From contig JAXDJR010000015.1 of the NCBI GenBank assembly GCA_034667545.1, positions 2,850 to 66,849 of the forward strand: a DNA stretch of 64,000 bases, in the 5' to 3' direction. The stretch's first letter is position 1, and the number at the start of each line of letters is the position of its first letter. The position numbers were made by a program, and so were the translations under genes. This document shows positions 35,488 through 44,472 of the stretch, piece by piece. Origin of the DNA: Actinomycetota bacterium (GTDB lineage: Bacteria; Actinomycetota; CADDZG01; WHSQ01). A model generated the notes under the pieces. It saw nothing but the letters and a program-made list of their open reading frames with translations. It searched no databases and was not told where the DNA came from.

Positions 35488-36812
35488 GCCGCGAACCTGG
35501 CCTTCAGGTAGGCGATCACTCCATCTATGGAGATCCGATCCTGGTGCATCGAGTCGCGCTCTCGAACCGTCACTTGGTTGTCGGTCAAGGTGTCGAAGTC
35601 GACGGTGACGCAGAACGGCGTTCCGACCTCGTCTTGACGCCGGTACCGGCGTCCGATCGACCCTGCAACATCGAGGTCGGTCACAAAGTGGGCACGGACA
35701 TCCGCCGCAAGCTTCTCGGCGGGGGGGCCGAGATCGGCATGTTTCGAAAGTGGCAGGACGGCGACCTTCGTGGGTGCGAGTCGTTTGTCCAAGTGGAGGA
35801 GCGTGCGCTTCTCGACTTTCCCACCGGCGGTGGGCGCTTCTTCTTCCGCGTACGCGTCCACGAGAAAAGCCAGCGCCAGCCGCTCCACGCTTACCGCTGG
35901 TTCGATGACGAAAGGAATGAAGCGCTCATCGGTCTCGGCCTCGAAGTAGGAGAGGTCTGTTCCAGTCGCCTCGGCATGGACCCGCAGGTCGAAATCGCTG
36001 CGGTTCGCGACGCCCTCGAGCTCGGACCATCCCAAGCCCGGGAAGTCGTACTCGATGTCGAAGGTGCGCTTGGCGTAGTGGGACAACTCGTCTGCCCCGT
36101 GCTCCCTTAGGCGCAGGTTGGTCTCGCCCAGACCCAGATCGAGGTACCAGCGCATCCGCTCCTGGAGCCAGTAGTCGTGCCACGTCTCATCGGTGCCGGG
36201 CTTGACGAAGAACTCCATCTCCATCTGCTCAAACTCACGCAGCCGAAAGACGAAGTTCCCGGGAGTGATCTCGTTACGGAACGATTTGCCCTGCTGGGCG
36301 ATACCGAACGGGATCTTCTTCCGGGACGTTTGCTGCACCGTCATGAAGTCCACGAACATGCCTTGCGCCGTCTCCGGCCGAAGATAGACCTCGTTGGCAG
36401 ACTCCTCGACCGGCCCGATGTGCGTGCGAAACATCAAGTGGAAGTTGCGTGGCTCCGTCCAGGTGGCTCGTTGCCCGCAGTTCGGGCAGGCTCCAGCGAG
36501 ATCGACGTGGTCGGCGCGGAACCGCTGATGGCAGTTGGTGCATTCCACAAGGGGGTCGGTGAAAGTCTCGAGGTGTCCAGACGTCGCCCACACCTTGGGG
36601 GCCATGATGATGGCGCTGTCGAGACCCACCACGTCGTCGCGAGAATGGACGATCGCCCGCCACCATTCCGCTTTGAGGTTGCGCTTCAGCTCGACGCCCA
36701 ACGGTCCCCAGTCGTACGCAGAGCGCAAACCGCCATAGATCTCGCTGGAAGGAAAGACGATCCCACGTCTCTTGCAGAGGTTCGCGACCTGCTCGATCGA
36801 TGTCTGCGCCAT
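35484..36812 (-). CDS. glyQS: Glycine--tRNA ligase (dimeric class II type)
   Basis: [36 protein letters not shown], class II motifs, and a C-terminal anticodon-binding domain. Confidence 0.95.
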   Translation of the reverse strand: MAQTSIEQVANLCKRRGIVFPSSEIYGGLRSAYDWGPLGVELKRNLKAEWWRAIVHSRDDVVGLDSAIIMAPKVWATSGHLETFTDPLVECTNCHQRFRADHVDLAGACPNCGQRATWTEPRNFHLMFRTHIGPVEESANEVYLRPETAQGMFVDFMTVQQTSRKKIPFGIAQQGKSFRNEITPGNFVFRLREFEQMEMEFFVKPGTDETWHDYWLQERMRWYLDLGLGETNLRLREHGADELSHYAKRTFDIEYDFPGLGWSELEGVANRSDFDLRVHAEATGTDLSYFEAETDERFIPFVIEPAVSVERLALAFLVDAYAEEEAPTAGGKVEKRTLLHLDKRLAPTKVAVLPLSKHADLGPPAEKLAADVRAHFVTDLDVAGSIGRRYRRQDEVGTPFCVTVDFDTLTDNQVTVRERDSMHQDRISIDGVIAYLKARFAA

Positions 36813-36920
36813 GCGGCGATGATACGAGGGCGGTTCCGGCCAATATCGCTCGGCACGCCGTCTCTCAGGCGCTCCCGGGATCCGGCGCGCCAGAGGTCCG
36901 GCGCGCTAGCCTGCACCCCA

Positions 36921-37583
36921 ATGACTGAAGATGCCTCGAGACCCGTGCGCCCCCAGTTGATAAAGGCCCTCGGCATCTTCGTCCTCCTGGTCGCGGGATT
37001 CGTCATCGCGCGCTTGGGGAACCCGACCTCCCATATCTGGGGCAAGAGGTTGGAGGCATTTCTGGGCGCGGCCTTAGTGCTGCTGGCCGGCATCGTCATC
37101 GTCCGGCTGGTGGCTTCGGCGGTTCGGATGGCGATGGAGCACCATCGCGGCGACCAGCGGGGGGCGCCTTTGGGGCTGATCGTCTCGGGCATCGGCTATC
37201 TGGCATTGCTGCTGGCGGTGCTCTCCGCGCTCCGCTTCAAGCTCGACAGCCTTCTGCTCGGCGGCGCTCTAACCGGCGTCATCATCGGCATCGCCGCGCA
37301 GCAAACCTTGAGCAATTTCTTCGCGGGGATCCTGCTCATGATCGTGCGGCCGTTCAACGTCGGCGACCGAGTGGTCCTCCGGTCGGCGCTCGGCGAGTAC
37401 GAAGGTGTCGTCCGGGATATCGATTTCTTCTATGTGAAGCTCGCTACGCGCCGCGGACCATTGGAGTTGCCCACGGCAAGCGTGCTGGGGTCGGCGATCG
37501 GCCCAGGAGCCCGCTCTCAGGATCCAGCCCCCGAACCCGACGGCGACGACCGGTCGCCGGGTAGGAATGCTACGTCCGGCTAA
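36921..37583 (+). CDS. Small-conductance mechanosensitive channel (MscS family)
   Basis: Three TM helices followed by IGIAAQQTLSNFFAGILLMIVRPFNVGDRV. ATG 36921 was chosen because the upstream part of the track ORF is antisense to glyQS. Confidence 0.8.
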   Translation: MTEDASRPVRPQLIKALGIFVLLVAGFVIARLGNPTSHIWGKRLEAFLGAALVLLAGIVIVRLVASAVRMAMEHHRGDQRGAPLGLIVSGIGYLALLLAVLSALRFKLDSLLLGGALTGVIIGIAAQQTLSNFFAGILLMIVRPFNVGDRVVLRSALGEYEGVVRDIDFFYVKLATRRGPLELPTASVLGSAIGPGARSQDPAPEPDGDDRSPGRNATSG

Positions 37584-37838
37584 AGACCGCTTAGTTGTGG
37601 TCAACCAGGTGCTGTCAGCGCCTGGCCTCGGACCGAAGAGCTGCGCGTCGCAGCCGGCAGCTCGTCTCTGTGCCTCCTGGGAGGCGGCCCCCAAGCAACC
37701 TCTTCTCCAGAAGACATGTGCTCGAGCCTCGAGACCGAACGGGCCACAGGTAGCGCGCCTGGCCGAAAGAACCCTGGGTTGGGTTTCGCAGTCCCGGGCC
37801 GCGATGTTTCTGTCACACCTCGCCTCTAACGTGTCCGC

Positions 37839-38417
37839 ATGACAAGGAAAATCGGGCTTCCCAGTGCCCCAGGCGGGGGCGCGAAAGACACCACGCAGAG
37901 GGAACCGCCCAGGCAGGGTGAACCGGAGGAAGAGCTGGAGCCTGTTGATCCAGAGCTCGCGCAGCTTCAGCGTCGTTACGAATCGGTTCGAGAGCGGCTC
38001 GAACGGCAAGAAAAGAGCAGAGAGCGCAAGGCGCGGCGTGAGCGCTACCAGCGCGAGATGGGGGTGGGCTACCTCATCTACGTCGCTCGGCGATATCGGC
38101 GCCTGTCGCAAGCCGAGCTGGCCCGGAGGATCCGGACGGCGCGCAGTGTCATCCCCCGGTGGGAATCGGGAGGGCGACTGCCAAGCCTCCTGACCTTGGA
38201 GAGAATCGCTGCCGAGACCGATCTCGAACTCCTTATCGGCTTGCGCGACCCCGAAGACAGGAATGGCGACCTATTGGCGCTGGGAATCGCTTTCGAAGAG
38301 GGCAACCTGACCGAGCTCCTGATGCTCATCGACAAGAACAACGACCAGCTGCGGGTCACTCCATGGAGGAAGCGGATGGTCGAGGAAGAGCCCCATCTCG
38401 CCGACGTCCTCTTGTGA
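37839..38417 (+). CDS. XRE-type HTH protein with highly charged coiled-coil-like N-terminal region
   Basis: HTH segment RRLSQAELARRIRTARSVIPRWESGGRLPSLLTLERIA. The N-terminal ~75 aa are Glu/Arg-rich (LAQLQRRYESVRERLERQEKSRERKARRERYQRE). Confidence 0.7.
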   Translation: MTRKIGLPSAPGGGAKDTTQREPPRQGEPEEELEPVDPELAQLQRRYESVRERLERQEKSRERKARRERYQREMGVGYLIYVARRYRRLSQAELARRIRTARSVIPRWESGGRLPSLLTLERIAAETDLELLIGLRDPEDRNGDLLALGIAFEEGNLTELLMLIDKNNDQLRVTPWRKRMVEEEPHLADVLL

Positions 38418-38438
38418 AGCTCAGCCCGTGAGCTGAGG

Positions 38439-39098
38439 TCAGAGACCTCCGAAGCGCCGCTCTCGGGAGGCGTAGTCCTGTAGCGCCCCCAACAGTCCCT
38501 CGCGTTTGAAGTCGGGCCACAGTGTCTCGGTGAAGTAGAGCTCTGCGTAAGCGGATTGCCACAGGAGGAAATTCGATAAGCGCCGTTCTCCCGAGGTTCT
38601 GATCAGGAGGTCCACGTCGGGCGCGTCGGGGGCGTAGAGATGCTCTGCGATACGCCCGCCGGCTGCCGCGTCTTCGAGCTCCGCCCGGCCCCCGTAGTTG
38701 AAGCAAACGAGGAGGTCCAATCGTGAGTTCCCGTTCGTGACTCGTTCCGCCTCGTCGAACTCACTCAGGACCTCGTCGGGAACGCCGTCCCGCCGGCCGA
38801 TACGACGAAGCCTCACTCCGCGGCTTTTCAGAGCCTCGCGTCGCGCCCTCAGCAACGATCTATTGAACTCGAGCAAGAACTCGACTTCGTCCGGGGGCCG
38901 GGTCCAGTTCTCGGTGGAGAAGGCGAACACGGACAGATAGCGAAGCCCAACCTCTAGTGCGCCCTCAACGACATCGAAGAGAGCCCGCTCCCCTTCTTCG
39001 TGACCCTTCGTTCGCGGCAGGCCGCGCTGCTCCGCCCAGCGGCCGTTGCCGTCCATGATGATCGCCACGTGTGCGGGAAGCCGGCTCAGGGGGTCCAT
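38439..39098 (-). CDS. uppS: Isoprenyl transferase (undecaprenyl-diphosphate synthase family)
   Basis: HVAIIMDGNGRWA, FAFSTENWTRP and RLSNFLLWQSAYAELYF. Confidence 0.95.
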   Translation of the reverse strand: MDPLSRLPAHVAIIMDGNGRWAEQRGLPRTKGHEEGERALFDVVEGALEVGLRYLSVFAFSTENWTRPPDEVEFLLEFNRSLLRARREALKSRGVRLRRIGRRDGVPDEVLSEFDEAERVTNGNSRLDLLVCFNYGGRAELEDAAAGGRIAEHLYAPDAPDVDLLIRTSGERRLSNFLLWQSAYAELYFTETLWPDFKREGLLGALQDYASRERRFGGL

Positions 39099-39102
39099 CG
39101 CT

Positions 39103-39825
39103 TCAGGAAACGATCAGAAGGTGCAGGCTCCGGAGTGGTCTTTCGATGTGGTACTCCGCGTATCTCCTCAGAGTTTGAAGCGATTCGAATGTCTGGTCGC
39201 GCTGCGAGCTCTGTCCGAACTCTCCTGCGAGCAGTCTCGCAAGAAACACGATGGTGTCGCCCGATACCTGAAAAGAATCGGGATCTTCCTGCCAGCAGAG
39301 CTGACACACGGCTCCCCCCATGGAGGGGCTGAACCCACCTAGGCCTGTCGTCGTCCCACAACCTGCACACACGGTCAGCTGAGGGTGGTAGCCGGAAAGC
39401 GACAACAGCTTGACGAGAAAGGCAGGTACAACGCTGTCGCCTTTGCCATCTGCGAGCGCTTGAAGACCTCCGAGCAACAGCGCGTAGACCGAGAATGAAC
39501 GTTCGCGGTCGGGGGTTATCTTCTCCACCGCTTCGACCAAGGCGGCCGCGGCAGTCAACCGCGAGTAGTCGGTGCGCACGTCGTCGAACGAGGTGATGAT
39601 CTGCGCCGCGGTGATCGTGTCGAGGTCGCGGCCCCGGTACATCATGAGATCGACACGCGTCAGCGGCTCGAGACGGCCCCCAAAACGACTTTTGGTCTTT
39701 CGGATCCCTTTGGCGACGGCGCGAACCTTGCCATGCTCCCGGGTCAGCAGGGTAACGATCCGATCCGCCTCACCGAGCTTCATCGTCTTGAGAACGATGG
39801 CTTCATCTTTGTAGAGACCAGGCAT
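39103..39825 (-). CDS. recO: DNA repair protein RecO
   Basis: N-terminal OB fold (DEAIVLKTMKLGEADRIVTLLTREHGKVRAVAKG) and a zinc-finger-like CAGCG...CQLC. Position next to uppS and era is conserved. Confidence 0.9.
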   Translation of the reverse strand: MPGLYKDEAIVLKTMKLGEADRIVTLLTREHGKVRAVAKGIRKTKSRFGGRLEPLTRVDLMMYRGRDLDTITAAQIITSFDDVRTDYSRLTAAAALVEAVEKITPDRERSFSVYALLLGGLQALADGKGDSVVPAFLVKLLSLSGYHPQLTVCAGCGTTTGLGGFSPSMGGAVCQLCWQEDPDSFQVSGDTIVFLARLLAGEFGQSSQRDQTFESLQTLRRYAEYHIERPLRSLHLLIVS

Positions 39826-39900
39826 GTCCTCAGCGTAGTGGGCGAGCTCAGGGATCCACGGTAGAAAAGCAAAGGTTCTGTGAGCGGATCGAGAAGCGGC

Positions 39901-39941
39901 GCCTGTTAGGCGTGCCTGTCAGGCGATGCCTGTTAGGCGAT
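39901..39941. repeat. Three tandem 13-14 bp units GCCTGTYAGGCG(A)T, each an internal mini-palindrome
   Basis: Units read directly at 39901-39913, 39914-39927 and 39928-39941. The last unit contains the TAA stop (39933-39935, minus strand) of the 70-aa ORF. Confidence 0.7.
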
Positions 39942-40145
39942 GCCGATCCGGAGGTTGCGGATCTTGGTTTCCCCGGCAGATTCCACTAGATCGAACGTGA
40001 CACGCTGCCCCGGCCGCAGGAAGCGGAACATCGGAGAGGAATCCATAACCTCGGCGTCGACCCTCCACTCCTTGACTCCGTCATCCGAAATCAGAGCTCC
40101 GGTGCGGGTCATCGAGTCATAGGTCCTTACTGTCGCTTGCGGCAT
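39933..40145 (-). CDS. Hypothetical 70-aa protein
   Basis: Compact ORF between the ABC-2 permease and recO with coding-like composition. I recognise no family. Confidence 0.5.
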   Translation of the reverse strand: MPQATVRTYDSMTRTGALISDDGVKEWRVDAEVMDSSPMFRFLRPGQRVTFDLVESAGETKIRNLRIGIA

Positions 40146-40154
40146 GGGCGGCCC

Positions 40155-40898
40155 CTACTCGCTGCGGGGCCACAGCGGCCCCCGAACGGCCCAAAAGGAT
40201 AGCGCCCCGAACCCCGCAAGGACCAGGAGGTCTCCCACCTGACCCGACGAGAAATGCCCGTGCAGTCCCGGTTTCAGCGCGTTGATCGCGTACGTCGAGG
40301 GGATGATCGCCCTGAGGGGCCCCAACCACCCTGGGATGGTGGCTGCCGGCAGGATGCCCAGGAATAGCACGGTCATCATGGCCAGGTTCGAGTACATGCC
40401 GGCCAGTTGCTCATCGGGGGCCGCGAAGCCGATCAGCAGACCGATGCCTGCGAGAGCGAACGAACCGAGAGCCCATACCGGCACGACTGCCCACAGTGCC
40501 GCGATCGACAAGTTGAACATCAACGCTCCGAGCGTCACGACGATGATCGTTCCCGGCAACGCGAACACCGCGAAGGAAAGCAGCACCGAGGCGACAACTG
40601 CAGCCCGCGGAACCGGGAGCGTGGCGTAGAAGTCCATGGTCCCGCTCTCTTTCAGTGACGCCATGCGTTGGGCAAGCATGACTATCGCCGTCATCGCAAT
40701 GGCGAGCACAGCCGATCCCGCGACGATCTGCACGCCGTACCGAGACACCTGTGACGGTTGCATAACCGCTCGCATCAACAAAGCTATGCCGAGAGGCATC
40801 GCGGAAGAGACGATCAGGTACGGCCGCCACGCCGTGCGCAAGCGCGCCATCTGCATCCATAGGAGCACCGTCAGCTTTCCACGTGACGACGCGCTCAT
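40155..40898 (-). CDS. ABC-2 type transporter permease
   Basis: 247-aa protein with six TM helices. It overlaps the upstream ATPase gene by 4 nt. Confidence 0.8.
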   Translation of the reverse strand: MSASSRGKLTVLLWMQMARLRTAWRPYLIVSSAMPLGIALLMRAVMQPSQVSRYGVQIVAGSAVLAIAMTAIVMLAQRMASLKESGTMDFYATLPVPRAAVVASVLLSFAVFALPGTIIVVTLGALMFNLSIAALWAVVPVWALGSFALAGIGLLIGFAAPDEQLAGMYSNLAMMTVLFLGILPAATIPGWLGPLRAIIPSTYAINALKPGLHGHFSSGQVGDLLVLAGFGALSFWAVRGPLWPRSE

Positions 40899-41860
40899 CG
40901 GATGTCCTCCTCGACCGGAAGTTCCCTGCCGCCCTCGAGAAAGACATCTTCGAGTGTTGGCGTAACCAGTCGGACATCCTCCAATGCGTCCATGTCGACT
41001 GCCGACATGAACTTCTCGAGGCGCCGGATCGCCTCATCGCGCGGCACCCACGCACTGATATGCCGCCCGCGTACGATGGCTCCTTCAGCAAGATCCTCTG
41101 CGACGGCTCGGGGATCGACGGGGCCGTCTTTGGCGGTCACGACCTCGATACGCGTGCGGTGTGCAAGACGCGCCTTCAGCTCTCCGGGCGCTCCTGCGGC
41201 AACGATGTTGCCTCGATCCATGATGGCGACGCGGTCGAGAACCTGTTCGGCTTCGGTTACATCGTGGGTCACGAGGATCATCGCAACTCCGTTTCGGGCG
41301 CGCTGCCAGAGCATCTGCCATATCCGTTTGCGAAGGCTTGGATCGATATCGGCGGTCGGTTCGTCGAGGATGATCACCGGCAGGCTTCCGACCAGGGTCA
41401 TGGCGATCTGCACCAGTCGGCGCTGACCGCCCGAGAGCTTGCGCAGCTGGCGGTCGGCGACGCTTGCCAGCTCGAGCTGTGCGATCAATTCCTCGGCTTC
41501 GGAGTGGGCTGGTCTCTTGGAAACGCCCCGAAGCATCCCAGTCCAGGCCACTGCCTCACTCACGCGCAGATCACCCAGAGAAGGGAGCCCCTGGGGAAGG
41601 TACGCGACGGTGCTACCGACGCTCGCTCCCCTGGCCGTCTGCACCGGGTGTCCGAACAATCGAACCTCACCCGAGGTTGGTGCCATCAGACCGACGATTT
41701 GCTTTACGAGGGTGGTCTTGCCCGCACCGTTCCGGCCCAGCAAACCGAACGCCTCGCCCGGGTGCACCACAAAAGAAATGTCGTCGTTGGCGACAACATG
41801 TGGCGACCGATAGACCTTGCGGACGTGCGAGACCTCGAGAGCGGGGGCCGTTGCGGACAC
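40895..41860 (-). CDS. ABC transporter ATP-binding protein (DrrA-like)
   Basis: Walker A GRNGAGKTT, signature LSGGQRR, Walker B VIILDEPT. Confidence 0.9.
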   Translation of the reverse strand: MSATAPALEVSHVRKVYRSPHVVANDDISFVVHPGEAFGLLGRNGAGKTTLVKQIVGLMAPTSGEVRLFGHPVQTARGASVGSTVAYLPQGLPSLGDLRVSEAVAWTGMLRGVSKRPAHSEAEELIAQLELASVADRQLRKLSGGQRRLVQIAMTLVGSLPVIILDEPTADIDPSLRKRIWQMLWQRARNGVAMILVTHDVTEAEQVLDRVAIMDRGNIVAAGAPGELKARLAHRTRIEVVTAKDGPVDPRAVAEDLAEGAIVRGRHISAWVPRDEAIRRLEKFMSAVDMDALEDVRLVTPTLEDVFLEGGRELPVEEDIR

Positions 41861-41862
41861 CT

Positions 41863-42765
41863 CTACGAGAACCCGAGCCGGTGCAGGGACTGCGGCCGTC
41901 GTTGCCAGTCCTTCTCCACCTTCACGCGGAGATCGAGGAAGACGTGACGGCCGAACAGGGTTTCGATCTCCTCGCGCGCTTCGGTTCCCACCGCTTTCAG
42001 CGTGGCGCCTGCTTTACCGATGACGATCCCTTTCTGTGAGTCGCGCTCGACATAGATATTGGCCCTGATCTCCAGCAATCCGTCGTCTCGCTCCTCGTAA
42101 TCCGCAGTCACCACCGCGATCGAGTGAGGAAGTTCGTCCTGCGTCCGTCGCAATAGTTTCTCGCGCACGAGCTCTGCCACGAACACAGGAGGTGGCTGGT
42201 CGCTCCGGGTGCCGGGGGGGTAATAGATGGGGCCGTGGGGAAGCTTCTCGAGGATCAACCGCTTCAGTGTGTCCACGCCGTCGCCGGTCTTCGCCGACAC
42301 GGGAACAAACTCCTCGAAATCCCCCAGCTGAGAGGCCGCTATCAGAGCCGCCGCGATGCCGTCACGGCCGAGAAGGTCGATCTTGTTGACCACGCAGAAG
42401 ATGGGGCGGCGAGCTTCGCTCAGGTCGGCGGTAACTCTCTCGTCACCGCGCCCGACGCCGGACCTGCCGTCTACGACGAATACCGCAACGTCCACGTCAG
42501 ACCACGCCTCGCGCACCACCTCATTGAGCCGCTCCCCCAGCGCGGTGCGCGGCTTGTGATAGCCGGGAGTATCGACGAGGACGGCCTGAGCCCCCGGAGC
42601 GTCGAGGATCCCCCTGATGGCCGAGCGCGTCGTCTGCGGCTTGTCGGAAGTGATCGCTACCTTGTCGCCGACGAGGACGTTGACCAGCGTGGACTTGCCC
42701 ACGTTCGGCCGTCCCACGACGCTTACGAATCCAGAACGGAAACCGTCCTCTGGCGAACTATCCAA
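41863..42765 (-). CDS. era: GTPase Era
   Basis: G1 GRPNVGKSTL, G3 DTPG, G4 NKID, and a C-terminal KH domain. TTG 42765 is preferred as start (TTGGATAG overlap with the upstream stop). The longest ORF reaches 42831. Confidence 0.9.
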   Translation of the reverse strand: MDSSPEDGFRSGFVSVVGRPNVGKSTLVNVLVGDKVAITSDKPQTTRSAIRGILDAPGAQAVLVDTPGYHKPRTALGERLNEVVREAWSDVDVAVFVVDGRSGVGRGDERVTADLSEARRPIFCVVNKIDLLGRDGIAAALIAASQLGDFEEFVPVSAKTGDGVDTLKRLILEKLPHGPIYYPPGTRSDQPPPVFVAELVREKLLRRTQDELPHSIAVVTADYEERDDGLLEIRANIYVERDSQKGIVIGKAGATLKAVGTEAREEIETLFGRHVFLDLRVKVEKDWQRRPQSLHRLGFS

Positions 42766-44038
42766 CTGGCTGCGGTTCGGACTCCGGTGGAAGCTTGGTG
42801 ATGACCACCTTCTGTATCCGGCGACCAGCAACGCGTTCGGTTCGGAACTCGAGAGAATCGAACCTAACGGTTTCCCCGGGAACGGGCACTCTCCCGATCA
42901 GCCCGAAGACCAAGCCGCCGACGGTGTCCCATTCGTCATCGGGAAGCTGAGCCTTCAAGAGATCGTTGACGTCATCGATCGATAACCGGCCGTCGACACG
43001 CATGCTCATGTCGTCGATGGGCTCTACGAGCGGTTCTTCTTTGTCGTACTCGTCCACGATCTCTCCGACGATCTCTTCGATCACGTCTTCGATCGTGCAG
43101 AGACCCGCGATGCCCCCGTACTCGTCCACCACTATGACCATATGCACTCGGTCGCTTTGCATCTCACGAAGAAGGTCCGCTACCTTCTTCTGCTCGGGCA
43201 CGAAGGTGGCGGGCCGTTCGAGGGCGGCCACATTGGCGGGTCTGTCGGTCTCACGGTGGATGTTCTTGAGCAGATCTTTCGCGTAGAGGATGCCGACGAT
43301 GTTGTCGCTGTCCCCCTCGTACAGAGGAACCCGCGAATAGCCGGCTTCGATGACGCTGTCCAACGCCATGTCGAGCGAGACATTCGAAGGCAGCGTCACC
43401 ATGTCGGGACGCGGCACCATCACCTCGCGCACGACGGTGTCGCCGAACTCGAAGATGGAATGGATCAACTCCTTTTCCTCTTCCTCGATGGTTCCTTCCT
43501 CTTCCGCCACGTCGACCGTGTGGCGGATCTCTTCCTCAGTCACGAAGGGGCCGCTCGGAAGCCCGTGTCCAGGAAGAAGCACCATCGCTGCATTGGCGAC
43601 AAGGATCAGCAGTCTCGAGAGAGGTTGCAGAACCCTGCCGAAAAGCAGCACGGGGCGGGCCATGAACAGAGCAGCCCGATCCGTTCGCTGCACAGTGAAC
43701 GTCTTTGGCACTGCCTCTGCGAACACGAAGATGACAAACGTCATCACTCCGGCGGCCACGGCCTCGCCCGCCTTGTGGAAGTGATGGATCGCTATACCCG
43801 TTGCTATCGCGGTGGCGGCAGTGTGCGCTATGAGAGTGAGCAGAAGAACAACCGTTAGGAAAGGCGCCGGCTCTTCCGCGATCCGTTGGAGGGCAAGAGC
43901 CGATCTGGTCTTGCGGTCCTGCGCGAGATGGTGGGCGTGGACCCTGCTCACACGCGAGATGGCGGTCTCGGAAAGCGCCGTAAAACCCGCGAACACCAGC
44001 AAGAAGAAGATAACGACGACACCCAGTAGGTCGCCCAT
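42758..44038 (-). CDS. Hemolysin-family protein (CNNM TM domain + CBS pair + CorC/HlyC domain)
   Basis: N-terminal DUF21-like four-TM region, CBS pair (VREVMVPRPDMVTL...VDEYGGIAGLCTIEDVIEEIVGEI), and a C-terminal transporter-associated domain. Confidence 0.9.
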   Translation of the reverse strand: MGDLLGVVVIFFLLVFAGFTALSETAISRVSRVHAHHLAQDRKTRSALALQRIAEEPAPFLTVVLLLTLIAHTAATAIATGIAIHHFHKAGEAVAAGVMTFVIFVFAEAVPKTFTVQRTDRAALFMARPVLLFGRVLQPLSRLLILVANAAMVLLPGHGLPSGPFVTEEEIRHTVDVAEEEGTIEEEEKELIHSIFEFGDTVVREVMVPRPDMVTLPSNVSLDMALDSVIEAGYSRVPLYEGDSDNIVGILYAKDLLKNIHRETDRPANVAALERPATFVPEQKKVADLLREMQSDRVHMVIVVDEYGGIAGLCTIEDVIEEIVGEIVDEYDKEEPLVEPIDDMSMRVDGRLSIDDVNDLLKAQLPDDEWDTVGGLVFGLIGRVPVPGETVRFDSLEFRTERVAGRRIQKVVITKLPPESEPQPVG

Positions 44039-44472
44039 CAGGCGCGTTGGGATTCGAAGGAAGATAGGACCTCGGCGACGCGCTGCTCCATCCGGCTACC
44101 GTCTTCGACGCCCTGATGGTCGTAGCCGAGTAGATGGAGGATGCCGTGAACGCACAGCGTGTCCAACTCCCGGTCCAGGGAATGACCCAGCTTCCTGGCG
44201 TTGTTGCGCGCCACTTGAGGACACATGACGACATCGCCGAGCACCATCGTGTCTTCGTCTTCTTCCATCATCGGGAAGGCGAGGACGTCAGTGGGATAGT
44301 CGTCACCCGCGAACCTAGCGTTGAGCCGCCGCATGTGGCTGGGGGTCACCAGGAGAACGGAAAGCTCGGCTGAATCGTCGATCTCCTCCGAAGCCAGCGC
44401 GTGACGAGCGAGGACCGAAAGCCGGACCTCGTCGACAGCCAGATCCTGCTCGTTCGCCACGAAGACGTTCAT
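44038..44472 (-). CDS. ybeY: Endoribonuclease YbeY (rRNA maturation)
   Basis: Zinc motif HGILHLLGYDH. Position in the phoH-ybeY-tlyC-era order is conserved. Confidence 0.9.
   Translation of the reverse strand: MNVFVANEQDLAVDEVRLSVLARHALASEEIDDSAELSVLLVTPSHMRRLNARFAGDDYPTDVLAFPMMEEDEDTMVLGDVVMCPQVARNNARKLGHSLDRELDTLCVHGILHLLGYDHQGVEDGSRMEQRVAEVLSSFESQRA

Noticed and set aside
36177-36920. N-terminal 248 codons of the 468-aa track ORF leading into the MscS gene
   Set aside because: This part is antisense to glyQS. The MscS homology and first TM helix begin after ATG 36921.
36813-36920. T-box or other leader riboswitch for glyQS (and for leuS at 62665-62699)
   Set aside because: The leaders are only ~108 nt (shared with a divergent gene) and ~35 nt. 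That is too short for a T-box, and no specifier/T-box sequence is evident.
37567-37842. 91-aa plus-strand ORF spanning the MscS-XRE spacer and ending in ATGA on the XRE start
   Set aside because: The ATGA coupling is suggestive. However, the translation is Ala/Ser/Arg/Pro-rich with no features, its third-position GC is only about the genomic average, and its start lies inside the MscS gene. I treat the region as a leader.
37269-38111. 280-aa minus-strand ORF across the MscS 3' end, the spacer and the XRE gene
   Set aside because: It is a shadow ORF overlapping two better-supported plus-strand genes, with no motifs.
40883-41947. 354-aa plus-strand ORF opposite the ABC ATPase
   Set aside because: The minus-strand frame has Walker A, signature and Walker B motifs. 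The plus frame is a shadow ORF.
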